Source: Octopus vulgaris
Lineage: Eukaryota
DNA: 64,000 nt
Reading direction: 5' to 3'
NCBI GenBank assembly: GCA_951406725.2
Contig: OX597828.1
Location: forward strand, 32,922,001 to 32,986,000
Shown here: piece by piece, positions 1-14,013 of the stretch
How positions within the stretch are numbered: position 1 is the stretch's first letter
Layout: every line of letters begins with the position of its first letter
Notes under the pieces: generated by a model
Told to the model about the DNA's origin: nothing
The model's input: only the letters and a program-made list of their open reading frames with translations
Database searches by the model: none
Program-made: the position numbers and the translations under genes

Positions 1-689
1 AAATATATGTACATTTTCTTAAGTAAAAATATACGCCTCTATGCAATATTCCCAAAGTAATGCTGACACATCACTTTTTGCCTACTTGTGTGATTTCGCT
101 TACGTTTTTATATATATATATATATTTTCAGTGAGTTTTATTGCAGTATTTTTGCTTTGTTGAGGTATTTTTTGCTCTTTTACTTTAATATTACGAGAAT
201 TTTTCACCTCGTTGAAGCTACGCAACTAACTCCTCCACAGCTGTGAGTAAGCCAATTGTGATGTACAAGCAGTACAACCCATCTTTACATCTCATAAGAA
301 AATTCGTGTAGTTTTATTTATTTGACGTTACTTGCCAAATCTCACTTTCTTCCTAAGTAAATATATCTGGGCAAAAACTTCTGCCTATCAGACTGTGGTC
401 GAATGATTTGAATTTCGTTTAGTAAATCAACCGCAAGTATTTGCTTTTCATTTCTTTTTTTTTTTTCGTTAGCAGTGTCTCGTTGATTTTCTTTCGTTTT
501 ATTTCGCATTTCTCTGTTTTTGTTAGAGTTTTTTTTCTTGTAGTTTTAGTTTTAGTGCAAATCTATTGTAGATATAATGTCAAATACACTTTGTAATTAT
601 TAGGTATATAAACAAAAACCAAGCAACTCTTTGCAGTGCACCCGTTTGCGTATGAGTGTGAGCGTCTGTCTAACTAGACACACACCCAC

Positions 690-1450
<761 letters not shown>

Positions 1451-1836
1451 TACATATACAAAAGCACATACAAATAAACTCTGAGTGAAATCGTGTGTTG
1501 CTGTGTGTAGGTGTGTGTTGTTGTTGTGTGTTGTTGTGCAAGGCTCTAAGCAATCTCTTTGTGTTTGTTATTGTAATTATTTTGTATTTGTTTCTTCGTG
1601 TATATTATTAATCGTGCTTTCTCTCAAATAAAACTATACAAGCTTTTTAACTGTCAATTTTTGACAGATTAAGATTACCTTCTGTACAGAGTGTCTATTT
1701 ATTATGTTTCCGTAATGTAAAATGTCTTAAATCTGTAGCAAAATTGACGAACATAAATAAAATAAGAGCAATATTTTACAATTTTATTAAAACCGCATAT
1801 CTGCTTGTATGTGCGTCCGCATATATATATATATGC

Positions 1837-1916
<80 letters not shown>

Positions 1917-3788
1917 ATATATGTGTGTGTGGATATATACACACAAACACACACACATATACGTATGTGTCATATTATATGCATTTATATTTTGCGTGTA
2001 TATATGACTGTGTACTGCGTGCATGTTTGTGCTTGCATGTCGATGCCTATATCTGTGCGTGTATTTTTCTTCGTTTGCCTCCCTCTTGACTTATAATCCC
2101 TTGGTTGGCTCCATCTTGACTTATAGCCACCAATACCGAAAAGCTCATGGTTAATAAAATGAATTTTGAAAAAATGATTCGAACAACTTTTCATTGCATT
2201 GAAGTAAGATTTGGAGTTTTAGATTTTTATTAGTTTTAGTATCGCCGTTGTTGTTAATGTTGAGCTGGTATCGTTGTTGTTCAATTACAAATCAAACTTG
2301 ATCAAGTGGTCTTTTGATCAACGTTTCCTCGTTCCTGATCTTCCAAGAATCATTTTCTAATATCTAGTTACGTTTAAAGAATGTATTGTGTTTGTGATTT
2401 GGGACAAAGCTTACTGTTATTTTTAGTGGGTCGGTAAAGCAGAGGCGAGCTCCTTCTCTGACCCAAATTTACAACTATTGTAGTAATTTTTCTGCAGGGA
2501 TACTCTGATCAAATCAAAAGCAAATCTAGTTATGGAAATCCAACTGTTTGGGGATTTTCGAGGACTAATTTATCCTCTTTTACATGACAGTACCTTTTGG
2601 TTTATGGTAACGTTGCTGTTATTTATGATAGCTGTACAGATCAAAAGAAATCTTTTCAAAACACTGTACTTAGTACAGCATCACTTTAAAATATTTAATT
2701 TTTTTTTTACATATTTTTTGTTATTGTTATTGTGATGCTGTCCGAATAGACTACAGTTAAAATATTGTGTTTGCATTAATTTCTACCCGCAGGTTCTTAG
2801 CGACCACATGTTTGGCAATGAGAAATACATTGCGATAGCTCCCCAACCTTCAAATGCACCACTGCTAGTGTCATTTACTCCACTTCTTCCGCTTACTGCA
2901 CTTCTCTGACTCCTGTAAATATTTATTTTATGACCCTCAACTAACAAGAGTTTCAAAGAAACCTGATGCTTCTCGTACCTAACAAAACTTACATTTTTAA
3001 TCATAGCAACCTTAAAGACTTTCTATCGTCATTAAGATTTAGCAGCAAATCAGATCTACCATTTCAAGACGTTGCGTTCAGTCACCTTCACTTTATGCAT
3101 ACGTCGGCCCAGATTGTCTAACGTGTCGTTTCCCTGTCATTTTCAAATGTTTAACATAGGACTTGAAGGAAATTACGTTCTTATGTCTACCATTTCAAAC
3201 AAGTAGAGGTTGCCTTGTAAACATTTATAAGACACAATACATGTAGACAGTTGATAGCATACCACTTTGAGAGAAAAATTACAGTTCATCAGTGTGTGCA
3301 AGTTGATGCCAGATAAAGACAGGCATCACTGTATATCTATCAACCCTCTCTCAATCTGAGAATAGGCACATAGCTTCTAGAAAGACGTTTAAATTTCAAG
3401 TGTTGGGGTTTAGGCAAAATTCAGTTTAAAACATTTCTGAGAGTATAGTTCAAATCTTCCGTGATGGAATACATGCAAGGCCTGTTGAGACTATCTAAAT
3501 TAGTCGTGTAAATTGAACCAAAACTTAGCATATTTTTGTATAGTTTTTGGAGCTCAAACAATGATTTTCGGTCAGATATGATCAAGTCGAAAATTCCTAT
3601 ATCTTCAGGGGTTTACGGTTACACATAGCCATGCACATGAATTATGATATCGATTATGCGATGTTCCTGGCAAAGTTGATCTGTACATTAAAGAAGTTAT
3701 GTATAAGAAACGGTAAGAATTCAAGTTGGTCTGGGATTTATCTATCTATGTATCTAACTATTCATCTATCAATCTAACTATCGATCGA

Positions 3789-3819
<31 letters not shown>

Positions 3820-4293
3820 GACCGTCTGTCTGTCTGCCTGTATGTATATGTTTGTGTGTATATGTGCGCCATTGTATGAGTGTATATCTGAGCGCGAGCG
3901 AGATTACATAGACTTATAACATTTTCTTAAATATGTGAAAATGAATATATGTGTTGGTCTGTTTATCTATGTACGTATTTAAATAAAGTCAGCTACGTTA
4001 TAGCATTACTAATCAAAGTCGGTAGATTATATTCCGAGGAAAAGGTGTCTGTAGACGGCAAATAAATTCGGAAAACATCAATTCATATCAATCCATTCCC
4101 AACCACGAACATTAATATTGATTATGCTTTGTTGTTTTATTGAATTGTTTAAATAACAGCTTAGCTTCTAGTGAATATACACAAATATAAAAGTATATAG
4201 CTTCATACGAAGGTACATACAAATACATATAATGGATTATAGAGAAAACATATATATATAAATATATATATGTGTATATATATATATATACAC

Positions 4294-4324
<31 letters not shown>

Positions 4325-4545
4325 TATACATATGATATACGTATATTATATATATACAGAGAGAGAGAGAGAGAGATAGATAGAGAGAGAGAGAGAGAAA
4401 CAGATACAAATAATATAGATATATAAATATATATGTATATATGTGTATTTATGTGTATGTATATATACACACATATATATTTAACATTATACAAATATAG
4501 ACGTATAAATATATATCATATACACCTATATTATTCACATATACG

Positions 4546-4619
<74 letters not shown>

Positions 4620-5189
4620 TTATATATATATACATATGTGTGTGTGTGCATGTGTGTTTGTGTGTTTGTATGTGTGTGTGTGTGCATGTATGTATCACAA
4701 ATCCTAAAGGTGGAGGAAATACTAATCGAATAACTCAATCAATATAAACCTTCACAGTTTCCGACCATTATTAGAACCATAATTTCGATCTTCATTTGAT
4801 GTTGATTCATTGATGTTCGATAACACACACATATATTTGTCTTGTATATTATTTTACATTCGACTTCTCTATTGTATTTATTATATCTGAAGTTCCTCTG
4901 CCGCTGTTGCTGTTTTTGTATTAAAACCGTCATTCGTTCCCAGTTCTCATATAATCGAATCGAATAAGGTAACTTATTAGATACTTCTCCCTATGAAAAC
5001 TTTGAATATGCATTTGTGTTCGTTAGTGAGTGCAGATACATATAAATATACACAGGCACAGACATGTGCACATATAAATAATTATATATACATATGTATA
5101 TTCAAGTATATACATATATTTATAGATATATATGTATATATATATGTATATCTATGTATGTATGTATGTATTATGTATGTATGTATGTA

Positions 5190-5382
5190 TATTGATTTCA
5201 AATTTTGATAAAAGGCCAGCAGTTTCTGACAGGGTATAAATCGATTACATCGACCTCAGTGATCCACTAGTACTTATTCAATCGACCCTGGAGGAATGAA
5301 AGGCAAAGTCGACCCCGGCGCAATTTGAGCTCAGACAATAAAAGATGACGGGCGCTCTAACGACTCGTGCCCCTCACCTTAT
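5190..5382 (-). mobile_element. tRNA-derived SINE, degenerate copy (family A)
   Basis: Contains ATCGACCC..GAATGAAAGGCAAAGTCGACCCCGGCGCAATTTGAGCTCAG, the reverse complement of a B-box-like head plus conserved core that recurs more than 10 times in the window. Confidence 0.8.
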
Positions 5383-5484
5383 GCACAGGTGCAAGGTTCC
5401 ACAGTCAGTGTTTGGTGTGGAAATGTATATTTTATTCATCTGTTTTATGTGTATCACATCCCAAGTTTATAAAGTGTATAGTGT

Positions 5485-5945
5485 TAGTGAGTGTGTGAGT
5501 GATAGAGTGATGGAGTGAGTGAGTGAGTGAATGAGTGGGCGAGTGAGCGATGGAGCGAGTGAGTGAGTGGTGGAGTGATTGATTGAGTGAGTGATGGAAT
5601 GAATAAGTTAACGAGCGAGTGAGTGATTAAGTGAGCAAGCGAGTGATAGTGTCAGTAGGTGAGTAAGTGATGGGATGAGAGAGTGAGTGTGTGAGTGAAT
5701 AAGTGAGTGAGAGAGCGAGCAAGTGAGTGAGTGAGTGGGGAGAGAGGGAGCGAATGAGTGAGTGAGTTAGCGAGTGAGTGAGTGGGTGAGCGAATGAGTG
5801 ATGCAGTGAATAAATGAGTGAGTGAGCGAGCGTGCGAGTTAATGTTTGAATGAGTGAGTGTGCGTCTGACTAACTCACTGAGCGTAAGTGCGACTGTGGG
5901 AATCGATGCGAGTGGGACTGATCGAATGAGAGAGTGCGAGTGTGT
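5485..5945. repeat. Degenerate (GAGT)n/(GAGC)n tetranucleotide repeat
   Basis: Visible GAGTGAGTGA periodicity. Confidence 0.9.
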
Positions 5946-6141
5946 GCGCAGCTGAAACAAAAGGAGGCTTCGTGCTCTGGTCTTTACCATATTCTTCAGG
6001 ACACACCAGCGCACATTACAGGAGAAACCTATAAACAACATTTTCTACTGCTAGCAGAAATGCATACAGAATCAATTTTATCTTCATGTACGCTTATACA
6101 TATATTTATATATTTCTATTTCTCATATGGGTGTGAATATA

Positions 6142-6969
6142 CAGATGGCAATGAATAAACTGTGGTTTAAATTACGCAAAAATGAAAATAACACTGACGT
6201 CTCCTTTTCACAGATATATGTACCAAAATGACATAAAAAATAACTTCAAATTTCTTCAAATAGTAAAGAGTAAATTTCTTCAATAAGATCGCTATTGATT
6301 TCAACCTGCAACACCTCTTGACACTCTCATTGTTTAAGTTGGTGGGTGCTGCCCTAAACCTTGCCTTCAGTCCATCCTTGATGTTACAATGATTTTTGGT
6401 GGCCAGTTGATAATAATCAACGGGGTTGCAGTCTGGGGTGTTAGGTGGCCAGATGTTATGGGTGGTGTGGTCGCAGAAATTGTCTGACAGCCTGCTTGTG
6501 TGGCATGGTCCAGAGTCCTGCTGCCATACATAGCGTTTTCGAGCAGCCAATCTCTTGACCTAGGACAGCACTACCTCTTCCAGGCACTTGATCGAAGGCT
6601 CCGTATTGAGTCTGAGCCCGTGTGAAAGGACCAATGGAGGCATAAAGTCGCAATCACTAGTGAACACTCCAAACATCATGATGTTGATTAGATGTTTGAG
6701 TTTTTATCACTCTAGGCACATGTCCTCAGATTGCACTGTCCTCAACTGACACACAAATACTCTGAAATGTTCGTATTAGAGCTTCCGGCGTAAAAGGTAA
6801 GCTGTACAGCATGTCGTTTCCAGGTTTCAGTCAGAATAAATTGCTCCATGTTGTTGATGGTACACAACTGACCCTGCTATACTGTGTAGTCGACAAAACC
6901 AAAAACCAAAACACGCCCATGCGTGAAGTAAAATTTATAAAATGGCTACAATTTACCCATCACACCTTG
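6142..6969 (-). mobile_element. Internally deleted Tc1/mariner-superfamily transposon (DD37D/maT-like), copy A
   Basis: Translation WQQDSGPCHTSR...IWPPNTPDCNPVDYY. Degenerate TIRs (TA-CAGATGGCAATGAATAAACTG / CAATTTACCCATCACACCTTG-TA). Homologous to 20404-21080 and 31563-32402. Confidence 0.8.
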
Positions 6970-6973
6970 TATG

Positions 6974-7046
<73 letters not shown>

Positions 7047-7053
<7 letters not shown>

Positions 7054-7350
7054 CCCCCATCGGTCATGAATGACCATGGAATTGCACCTGGAAAGTTACC
7101 CTCTGAGGCACAAATCCGGGCATAGTTGTTTGTGGATGGCCAGCAGTCGCCCATGCATACCAGCCTCCCCTCTCCACATCACTGATCTTATCAAAGGAAA
7201 AGGCAAAGGTCGATACAGCTTGGCACCAGTGATGTCACAACTCATTTCACAACTCATTTCTACAGCTCAGTTGACTGGTGTAACGTGAAATAAAGTTCCT
7301 TGCTCAAGAACACAACACGTAGCACGGTCCGGGAATCGATCTCACTACCT
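7047..7350 (-). mobile_element. SINE with tRNA-like head, CORE-like segment and RTE-like tail
   Basis: Reverse complement reads GAGATCGATTCCCGG (B-box-like) then GTTGTGTTCTTGAGCAAGGAACTTTATTTCAC; ends against a (GA)n/(TA)n run. Confidence 0.6.
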
Positions 7351-7422
7351 AACGATATATATATATATTTAGTGTAGGAAGAAATGGAGCTGAACGAAGA
7401 TTTAACAAAATTCCTTTTTATT

Positions 7423-7508
7423 ATTTTCTACATATGTTTCAAAGGCTGCAAAGTCCCTAATTCGGATTGAATAAGGAGTCCATTTTGCAGCCTTCTCTTC
7501 AGGAAAAT
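7423..7508 (-). ncRNA. Type I hammerhead ribozyme motif, canonical
   Basis: Minus strand: AUUUUC-CUGAAGA-GAAGGCUGCAAA...UUUGCAGCCUUU-GAAA-CAUAU-GUA-GAAAAU. 6-bp stem I, 12-bp stem II base, palindromic stem III ACAUAUGU. Confidence 0.85.
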
Positions 7509-7586
7509 CCAGGAACTTAATTCTCCAACAAAATGCACAGCAAGCTTTTCGACATCCGTAATAAGATAATTCATTTATCTACTTCA

Positions 7587-7620
<34 letters not shown>

Positions 7621-7637
7621 TACATATATATATATAC

Positions 7638-7718
<81 letters not shown>

Positions 7719-7964
7719 GACATGTATCACATATATATTGCGTATATGTATAAAAGGAGGGGGAGTTCTATCTGATATTTAATATGTGAAGTAAAGAACT
7801 AAAAGAATAACAAGCTCTCATACCCGGACCGTCTTTAAGTTGAATTCTCAGTTTATTTTCCGCGATTAATATTTTGACATTCATCAACGTGTTTACTTTT
7901 GGCATCCACAATATTGATATACATTAATCGATTTCTTCTAAATCTATACACTTCGATGTATATA

Positions 7965-8029
<65 letters not shown>

Positions 8030-8211
8030 TTATATATATATATATACATATATATATTGAGAGAGAGAGAGAGAGAGAATGTTTATCATATTAGCTTCAC
8101 AGTTCACACACGGAAGAACGCATCCTAAGCATCTCTTTCTATATCTCCTCCTCTTTTTTCTCCCCTCTCTCTCTCTCTCCTCCGTCCTCTCCTTTCGTAG
8201 TATATATACAC

Positions 8212-8341
<130 letters not shown>

Positions 8342-8361
8342 GAGTATGTATATACATATTC

Positions 8362-8845
8362 TATTCCTTATAAAACTCTATTCCTTGGAGCGTAGGCGAG
8401 GAAGATATGCCATAATATACATCTGGAAGATCCTGGAAGGACTTGTCCCAAACTTTGGCATCGAGAGTTACACAAATGCCAGAACTGGGCGCCACTGCGT
8501 GGTGCCAAGGACTCCAAATTTGCCATCAAGATGTAGGACAAGATACTGTGATAGCCTGGGCTTCAGAGGCCCACAGGTCTTCAATATCCTCCCGAAGAAC
8601 CTGAGGGACCTGCATGAGGTGGATACGGATGAACTGGATACTGGATCTCTTCCTGTGAGGTGTCCCGGATGAACCAACTTCACGGCAGGAGATGCAGATG
8701 AGGGCAGCTGCATCGAACTCTCTCATGCACCAAATGGCAGTTGCTAAAAAGCATTCATGAAGTAAAATCATGTAGCAATAAGGAAATGGCGGTGCCCCAG
8801 CATGGCCACAGCTCGTGAGCTGAAACTATATAAAATAAATAAATA
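8362..8845 (+). mobile_element. CR1-clade LINE 3' end (ORF2 C-terminus plus 3' UTR), 5'-truncated
   Basis: [27 protein letters not shown]...GPQVFNILP is the typical CR1 ORF2 C-terminal signature; ends in a TAAA-rich tail. Confidence 0.85.
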
Positions 8846-8944
8846 TATATATATATACATATACATATACATACAGATATGCTCACGTATATATATATAT
8901 ATACACATCATATATATATATAAACATACATATATATATATGAA

Positions 8945-9145
8945 CGCCATGATAGACCGTTAGCTCCTACACGCATTTTTTCTCTCCTTGTTTCTCTCCT
9001 TGTTTTATTTTTCTGTGTATCTTTCTGTCGAAGAGCGTAGGCTCGAAACGTAAAAGACTTGTTCTAATTCTATTCCTGAGCGCCATACTAATGCATTTGT
9101 TTGTTTGTTCTCCACCTGCCTCTATTTTCGTAAACCTTCCCGTTA
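8945..9145 (+). mobile_element. Short Penelope pLTR-like repeat with minimal hammerhead-like motif (9020-9057)
   Basis: TCTTT-CTGTCGA-A-GAGCGTAGGCTC-GAAA-CG-TA-AAAGA; second copy on the minus strand at about 19218-19410; flanked by TA runs. Confidence 0.6.
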
Positions 9146-9182
9146 TATATGTATATATATATATATATATACATATATGTAT

Positions 9183-9226
<44 letters not shown>

Positions 9227-9405
9227 CATATATATATTTACATATATGTACACATACATATACACTTATTTATATACATATATATATATTTATGTATACA
9301 CACACACACACACACATTCACATACACACATATATATATATAAGAAAATTTGCGTAATGAGATTAAAAACCAAGGCTGTATAGATATTAGAACATTTATA
9401 GATAT

Positions 9406-9456
9406 GTTTTACAGCTGTTTCACGGTATTCATTAATTATATCCCTTCATCGGAGAC
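9406..9456 (-). ncRNA. Degenerate hammerhead ribozyme motif
   Basis: Minus strand: GUCU-CCGAUGA-AGGGAUA...UACCGU-GAAA-CAGCU-GUA-AAAC; palindromic stem III ACAGCUGU; mismatches in stems I and II. Confidence 0.55.
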
Positions 9457-9789
9457 GGTGTGAGAGGATGATTAAGTCATAGTTAGTTTAGATGTGATAT
9501 AACGTACAGAGTGAGGTGGGGGGAAAGAATTTAGATGCAAGATATAGATGAAAAGCCTTTGACTGCAACACTATATATAAACTCTCTGCTTGGAATGACC
9601 AAGTTTCAAAAATGCTGGATCTCACTCATAAGGGAATCTTACATTGTGTGTAAACTCTATATTTGGAAGGACCCATTTTAAACTCTGTTTTATTTGTCGC
9701 CAACAGAAGGAATATACAGGAAAAAGAGATACAAAGCGTATTTGTAGCCTCGATAATTCCTTATAACCGAAAATGTATTTAAAACAGAT

Positions 9790-10240
9790 GGGGGTTTTCT
9801 GATTTACATTGACCCCTGTGCTCAATAGCTACATATTTTATCAACCTCGAAAACATGAACCACAAAATCGACCTCAGCTGAATTGGAACTCCGAATATAA
9901 AGGCACACGAAATGTCCCTAATCGTTTTGTCTGCGTGTTAATGATTCTGTAGCTCAACGACGTCAAGTCAGGTAACATTAGTTGACATTAGAGCAGTGTG
10001 CCACCATTAAGGCTGTGTGCTGTCGTTAAGGCAGTGTGCCGCCAGAATCGTTAGTACGCTAACAAAACGCTTAGTAGTATTTTTTGCGTCTTTACATTCA
10101 ATGTTGAAATTTCAATCGACATTGTCTTTCGTCTTCTCGGGGGCAGTAAAATAAGTACCTGTTGAGAACTGGGGTCAATGTAATCGGTTTACCTATCTTC
10201 TCTGAACTTGCTGGCCTCGCACCAAAATATGAAACCAATG
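9790..10240. mobile_element. Two diverged family A SINE copies in opposite orientation
   Basis: About 9790-9960 on the minus strand (TCGACCTCAGCTGAATTGGAACTCCG) and about 10030-10240 on the plus strand (AAATAAGTACC..CTGGGGTCAATGTAATCG). Confidence 0.65.
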
Positions 10241-10594
10241 CAGATAAATTATCTGTAACATTTTCTGGACACATGAGTGAATAGTCTGCATCTAAAGAAT
10301 TCACAATGAATCGTCGGCTGAATCACTTTCACGTATCTCAGGAGATAATCTAATATCTTCTCAAGTCTATCATTTCATCTCTAATTACTTACAGCTGGGT
10401 GGAAACAAGAGTCAGTCGAGATAGCTATCTCTTGTACCGTTAAATTTGAACTCATCACTGCAGTCCAACGAAGAGCTTTTTTCCATATGAAATTGATGCA
10501 CTTCTTGTAATTCGCTGTTATGCATTTATAATGAAGAAGAGTTGGTCATAAAGTCATTTATCTCTCAGCGTAGCGCTATAACCAATAACAAAGA

Positions 10595-12410
10595 ATATTG
10601 ATTTCAAATTTTGGCACAAGGCCCCCAATTTCGGGGATGCGGTAAATTGATTACATCGATCCCAGTGTTAAACTGATGCTTATTTTTCCTGGTAGCCTAA
10701 AGGATAAAAGACAAAGCAGACTTCGATAGAATTCTAACTCGGAACTAAATGCGGTCGGAATGCGATTGGGCATTTACATCTACGTGTCAAAGATCCGGCC
10801 ATCTCGCCTGTCTACAAGGTAAGGAATAATATTTCAAGTTTTGTCACATGGCCAGTAATATCAGGAGCCATATTAAATGGATTACGTCCGCCCCAGTGGT
10901 CAGATAGCTCTTATTTTATCCACCTCTAAATTATGAAGAACAGAGTCGGCCTCGGAGGAATTTTAACTCAGACCTTAAAGAAGGACGAAATACAGCTAAT
11001 CATCTCGATTCTACAAGGTAAGAAATAATGGTTTCACATTTTGGCACAGGCAAGCAATTTTGGGGTGGGGGATAAGTCAAATGCATTGACCGCCATCTCT
11101 CAACTGGTTCTCATTATATCGACCCCAAAATGAGAAGTAAAGGCGGCCTCGGTGGGATTTGAACTCAGAGTATAAAGAGAGACGTAATGCCGCTAAACAT
11201 TTTTCCAGGCGTCGTAACGATTCTGCCAGCTCACCGCCTTACAAACTAAGAAATATTTTTTCTACTCTAGACACAAGGTCCGAAATTTTTGGAGAGGGGG
11301 GCAGTCAATATGATCGACCCCTGTACGTAACTGGTACTTAATTTATCGACCCTGAAAGGATGAATGGTAAAGTCGACCTTGGCGGAATTTGAACTCAGAA
11401 CGTAAAGGCAGGCGAAATAAAGCTAAGCATTTCGCCTTGCTAAAGTTTCTGCCTGCTCGACACCTTACAAGCTAAGGAATATTCTTTTCTAGTCTAAGTG
11501 CAAGGCCCGAAATTTTTGGACAGGGTTCCAGTCGATGAGTATGCAACTGGTACTAAATGTATCGACCCCTAAAGTATGAAAGGCAAAGTCGACCTCGGCG
11601 GAATTTGAACTCAGAATGTAAAGACAGAGCAAATACCTATTTCTTTACTACCGACAAGGGTTTAAACACAGAGGGGACAAACAAGGACAGACAAACGGAT
11701 TAAGTCGATTATATCGACTCCAGTGTGTAAATGGTGCTTAATTTACCGACCCCAGTGTGTAACTGGTACTTAATTTATCGATCCCCGAAAGGATGAAAGG
11801 TAAAGTCAACCTCGGCGGAATTTGAACTCAGAACGTAACGGCAGACGAAATACCGCTAAGCATTTTCGCGGCGTGCTAACGTTTCTGTTATATCACATAT
11901 ACCATAGTTCATGCTTTACATGTCAGTTACGCTACACTGTGCTGTTGTATTGTATTAATCACTACTACATTATATTAATTTTTATTGCCCACAAGAGGCT
12001 AAACACAGAAGGGACAAACAAGGACAGGCAAAGGGATTAAGTCGATTACATCGACCCCAGTGCGTAACTGGTACTTACTTAATCCGCTACGGAAGGATTA
12101 AATGCAAAGTTGACCTCGGCGCTAAGCATTTCACCCAGCGTACTAACGAGTCTGCCAGCTTCCGCTTTTCCTAGCTAAGAAGTATTCTTTTCTACTCTAG
12201 GCACAAGGCTCGAAATTTGGTGGAAGGGGCAGTCGATTAGATTGACCTCAGTATGCAACTGGTACTTAACTTATCGACCCCGAGAGGATGAAAGTCGAAA
12301 TCGGCGGAATTTGAACTCAAACGTTAATGACAGACGAAATACATCTAAGCATTTCCCGCGTGCTAACCTTTCTGCCAGCTACCGCTTTTCCAAGCTAAGA
12401 AATATTGACA
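10595..12410 (-). mobile_element. Head-to-tail stack of about 8 family A SINE copies
   Basis: Recurring GTCGACCTCGGCGGAATTTGAACTCAGAAC core about every 200-250 bp, with different tail variants. Confidence 0.9.
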
Positions 12411-13299
12411 TCATAATGGATCTTGACTATCACATTCGTGCATTCGTTATATGAGTACAAGTAAACAAACTCTAATCGAAATTGAACTGCCTTCTCCTCA
12501 AAAACTCGTTTCGGGAAATCGTTTGGCCAATAATATACGTTTTTGTTATCTGAAACTTGCCTCAAAATAAGCTAATATTAAATTATAAACACGAGAAAAT
12601 TGTTTACATCCTTACTGTATTTATTCTCAACAACATTGGCAAAATATCAAATAACTCATTTTAAAAACACGATATAGGATCAAAGAATTTTCACACAATA
12701 TATGGATTAAATAAATAAAGATGTAACCCAGAAAATGCGTATCTATGAATTTAGGATTTTATGCCAACAAGACAAACAGTCGAAAACTCCAAATGTACAC
12801 TAAAATGTATTTACTGAAAAAGGACTCCGTTCCTTTTTTTTATTTTAAAAAAAATTAATGATCTGATATGTTAATATAATACGGTAACAATAAGTTGGAA
12901 AACAAATTTTCTCTTTCGCTTTGAACTTAGAAAAACTATTATTGACAAGAATTGCTTTGCTCCATAAAGCATGGGCGTTTGTGTTAACCATTTTATTGAT
13001 TTGTGGAAGCGTGAATACGATTGATCTATTTCATTTCAAACTATTGTCCCTAATTGACTACATAAAAACGAGATTGAAATAGTTCAATTGTCCGTTGTGA
13101 TTGGGGAAGGAAGGTCCTTATTCAAATATGTTCAGTGGAAAATAAAAAAAAAATAAAAAGCCCTTCTGATAATTCATCATCTATCGCTAATAATTTTCTC
13201 ATCAAAATCCTCATCAACGCACCTGATATAATCGCTGACAGCGCCACCAGCATCCACTCTATTTCTCTATAGAATTTCGACGAACAACAGAAGTGGCAA

Positions 13300-13978
13300 C
13301 AACGACAGCCCAGCCACAGCCACCACCACTACTACCACCAGATCGTCATCAATGTAATTATTATTATAATCATCGGTATCGCAAATGTCACCGCTTCGTC
13401 ACCGTCGTCACCAATTCATTATCAGTATCACCAACATTATCGCCATCGTCTTCGTCGTCGTAATCATCACCACCACCACCATCATCATTTGCAACAGCAG
13501 CATCACCAACATCAGCAATAGGAACACCAACGCTATTGTTTTTCCTTTTTTCGTCGCCATTAAAATCTTCGTCCCCATTAAATTCGCCAACAACACAACT
13601 ACCATCAGCTCCGCCTCCGACGCCTTATTGTTATCCTAAACAGCATTGGTATCCTCAAACCCCATCATTGTCAGCGTCCTCATCTGTAATATTATCAACA
13701 TAGGAAATTCGTCAAATCCTCTTCACCACATCTGTTGTTGCCGATGGCGATACCATTAGCACAAGTTTTATAACCAACCACCACGGCTTCGCCATTATCG
13801 TCATTAGAATCATCATCGCTATACTTTCCATTGTTATCATCAACATCACTGTCACCATAATCACCACCATCGCCGTCGTCATCATTATCATCATCATCAT
13901 CATCATCATCAAAATCACTGCCATCATAACCACCGCCATCGTCGTCGTCGTCATCATCATCATCATCATCATCATTGC

Positions 13979-14013
<35 letters not shown>

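Noticed and set aside
3608-3711. AG...GTAAG-bounded open frame (GLRLHIAMHMNYDIDY...)
   Set aside because: Weak acceptor and no recognisable protein; expected by chance.
4745-4800. AUGAAGA...GAAA hammerhead-like spacing on the minus strand
   Set aside because: No NUH or stem I can be formed.
9790-12410. tRNA-like B-box segments
   Set aside because: These are SINE heads; no cloverleaf with an acceptor stem.
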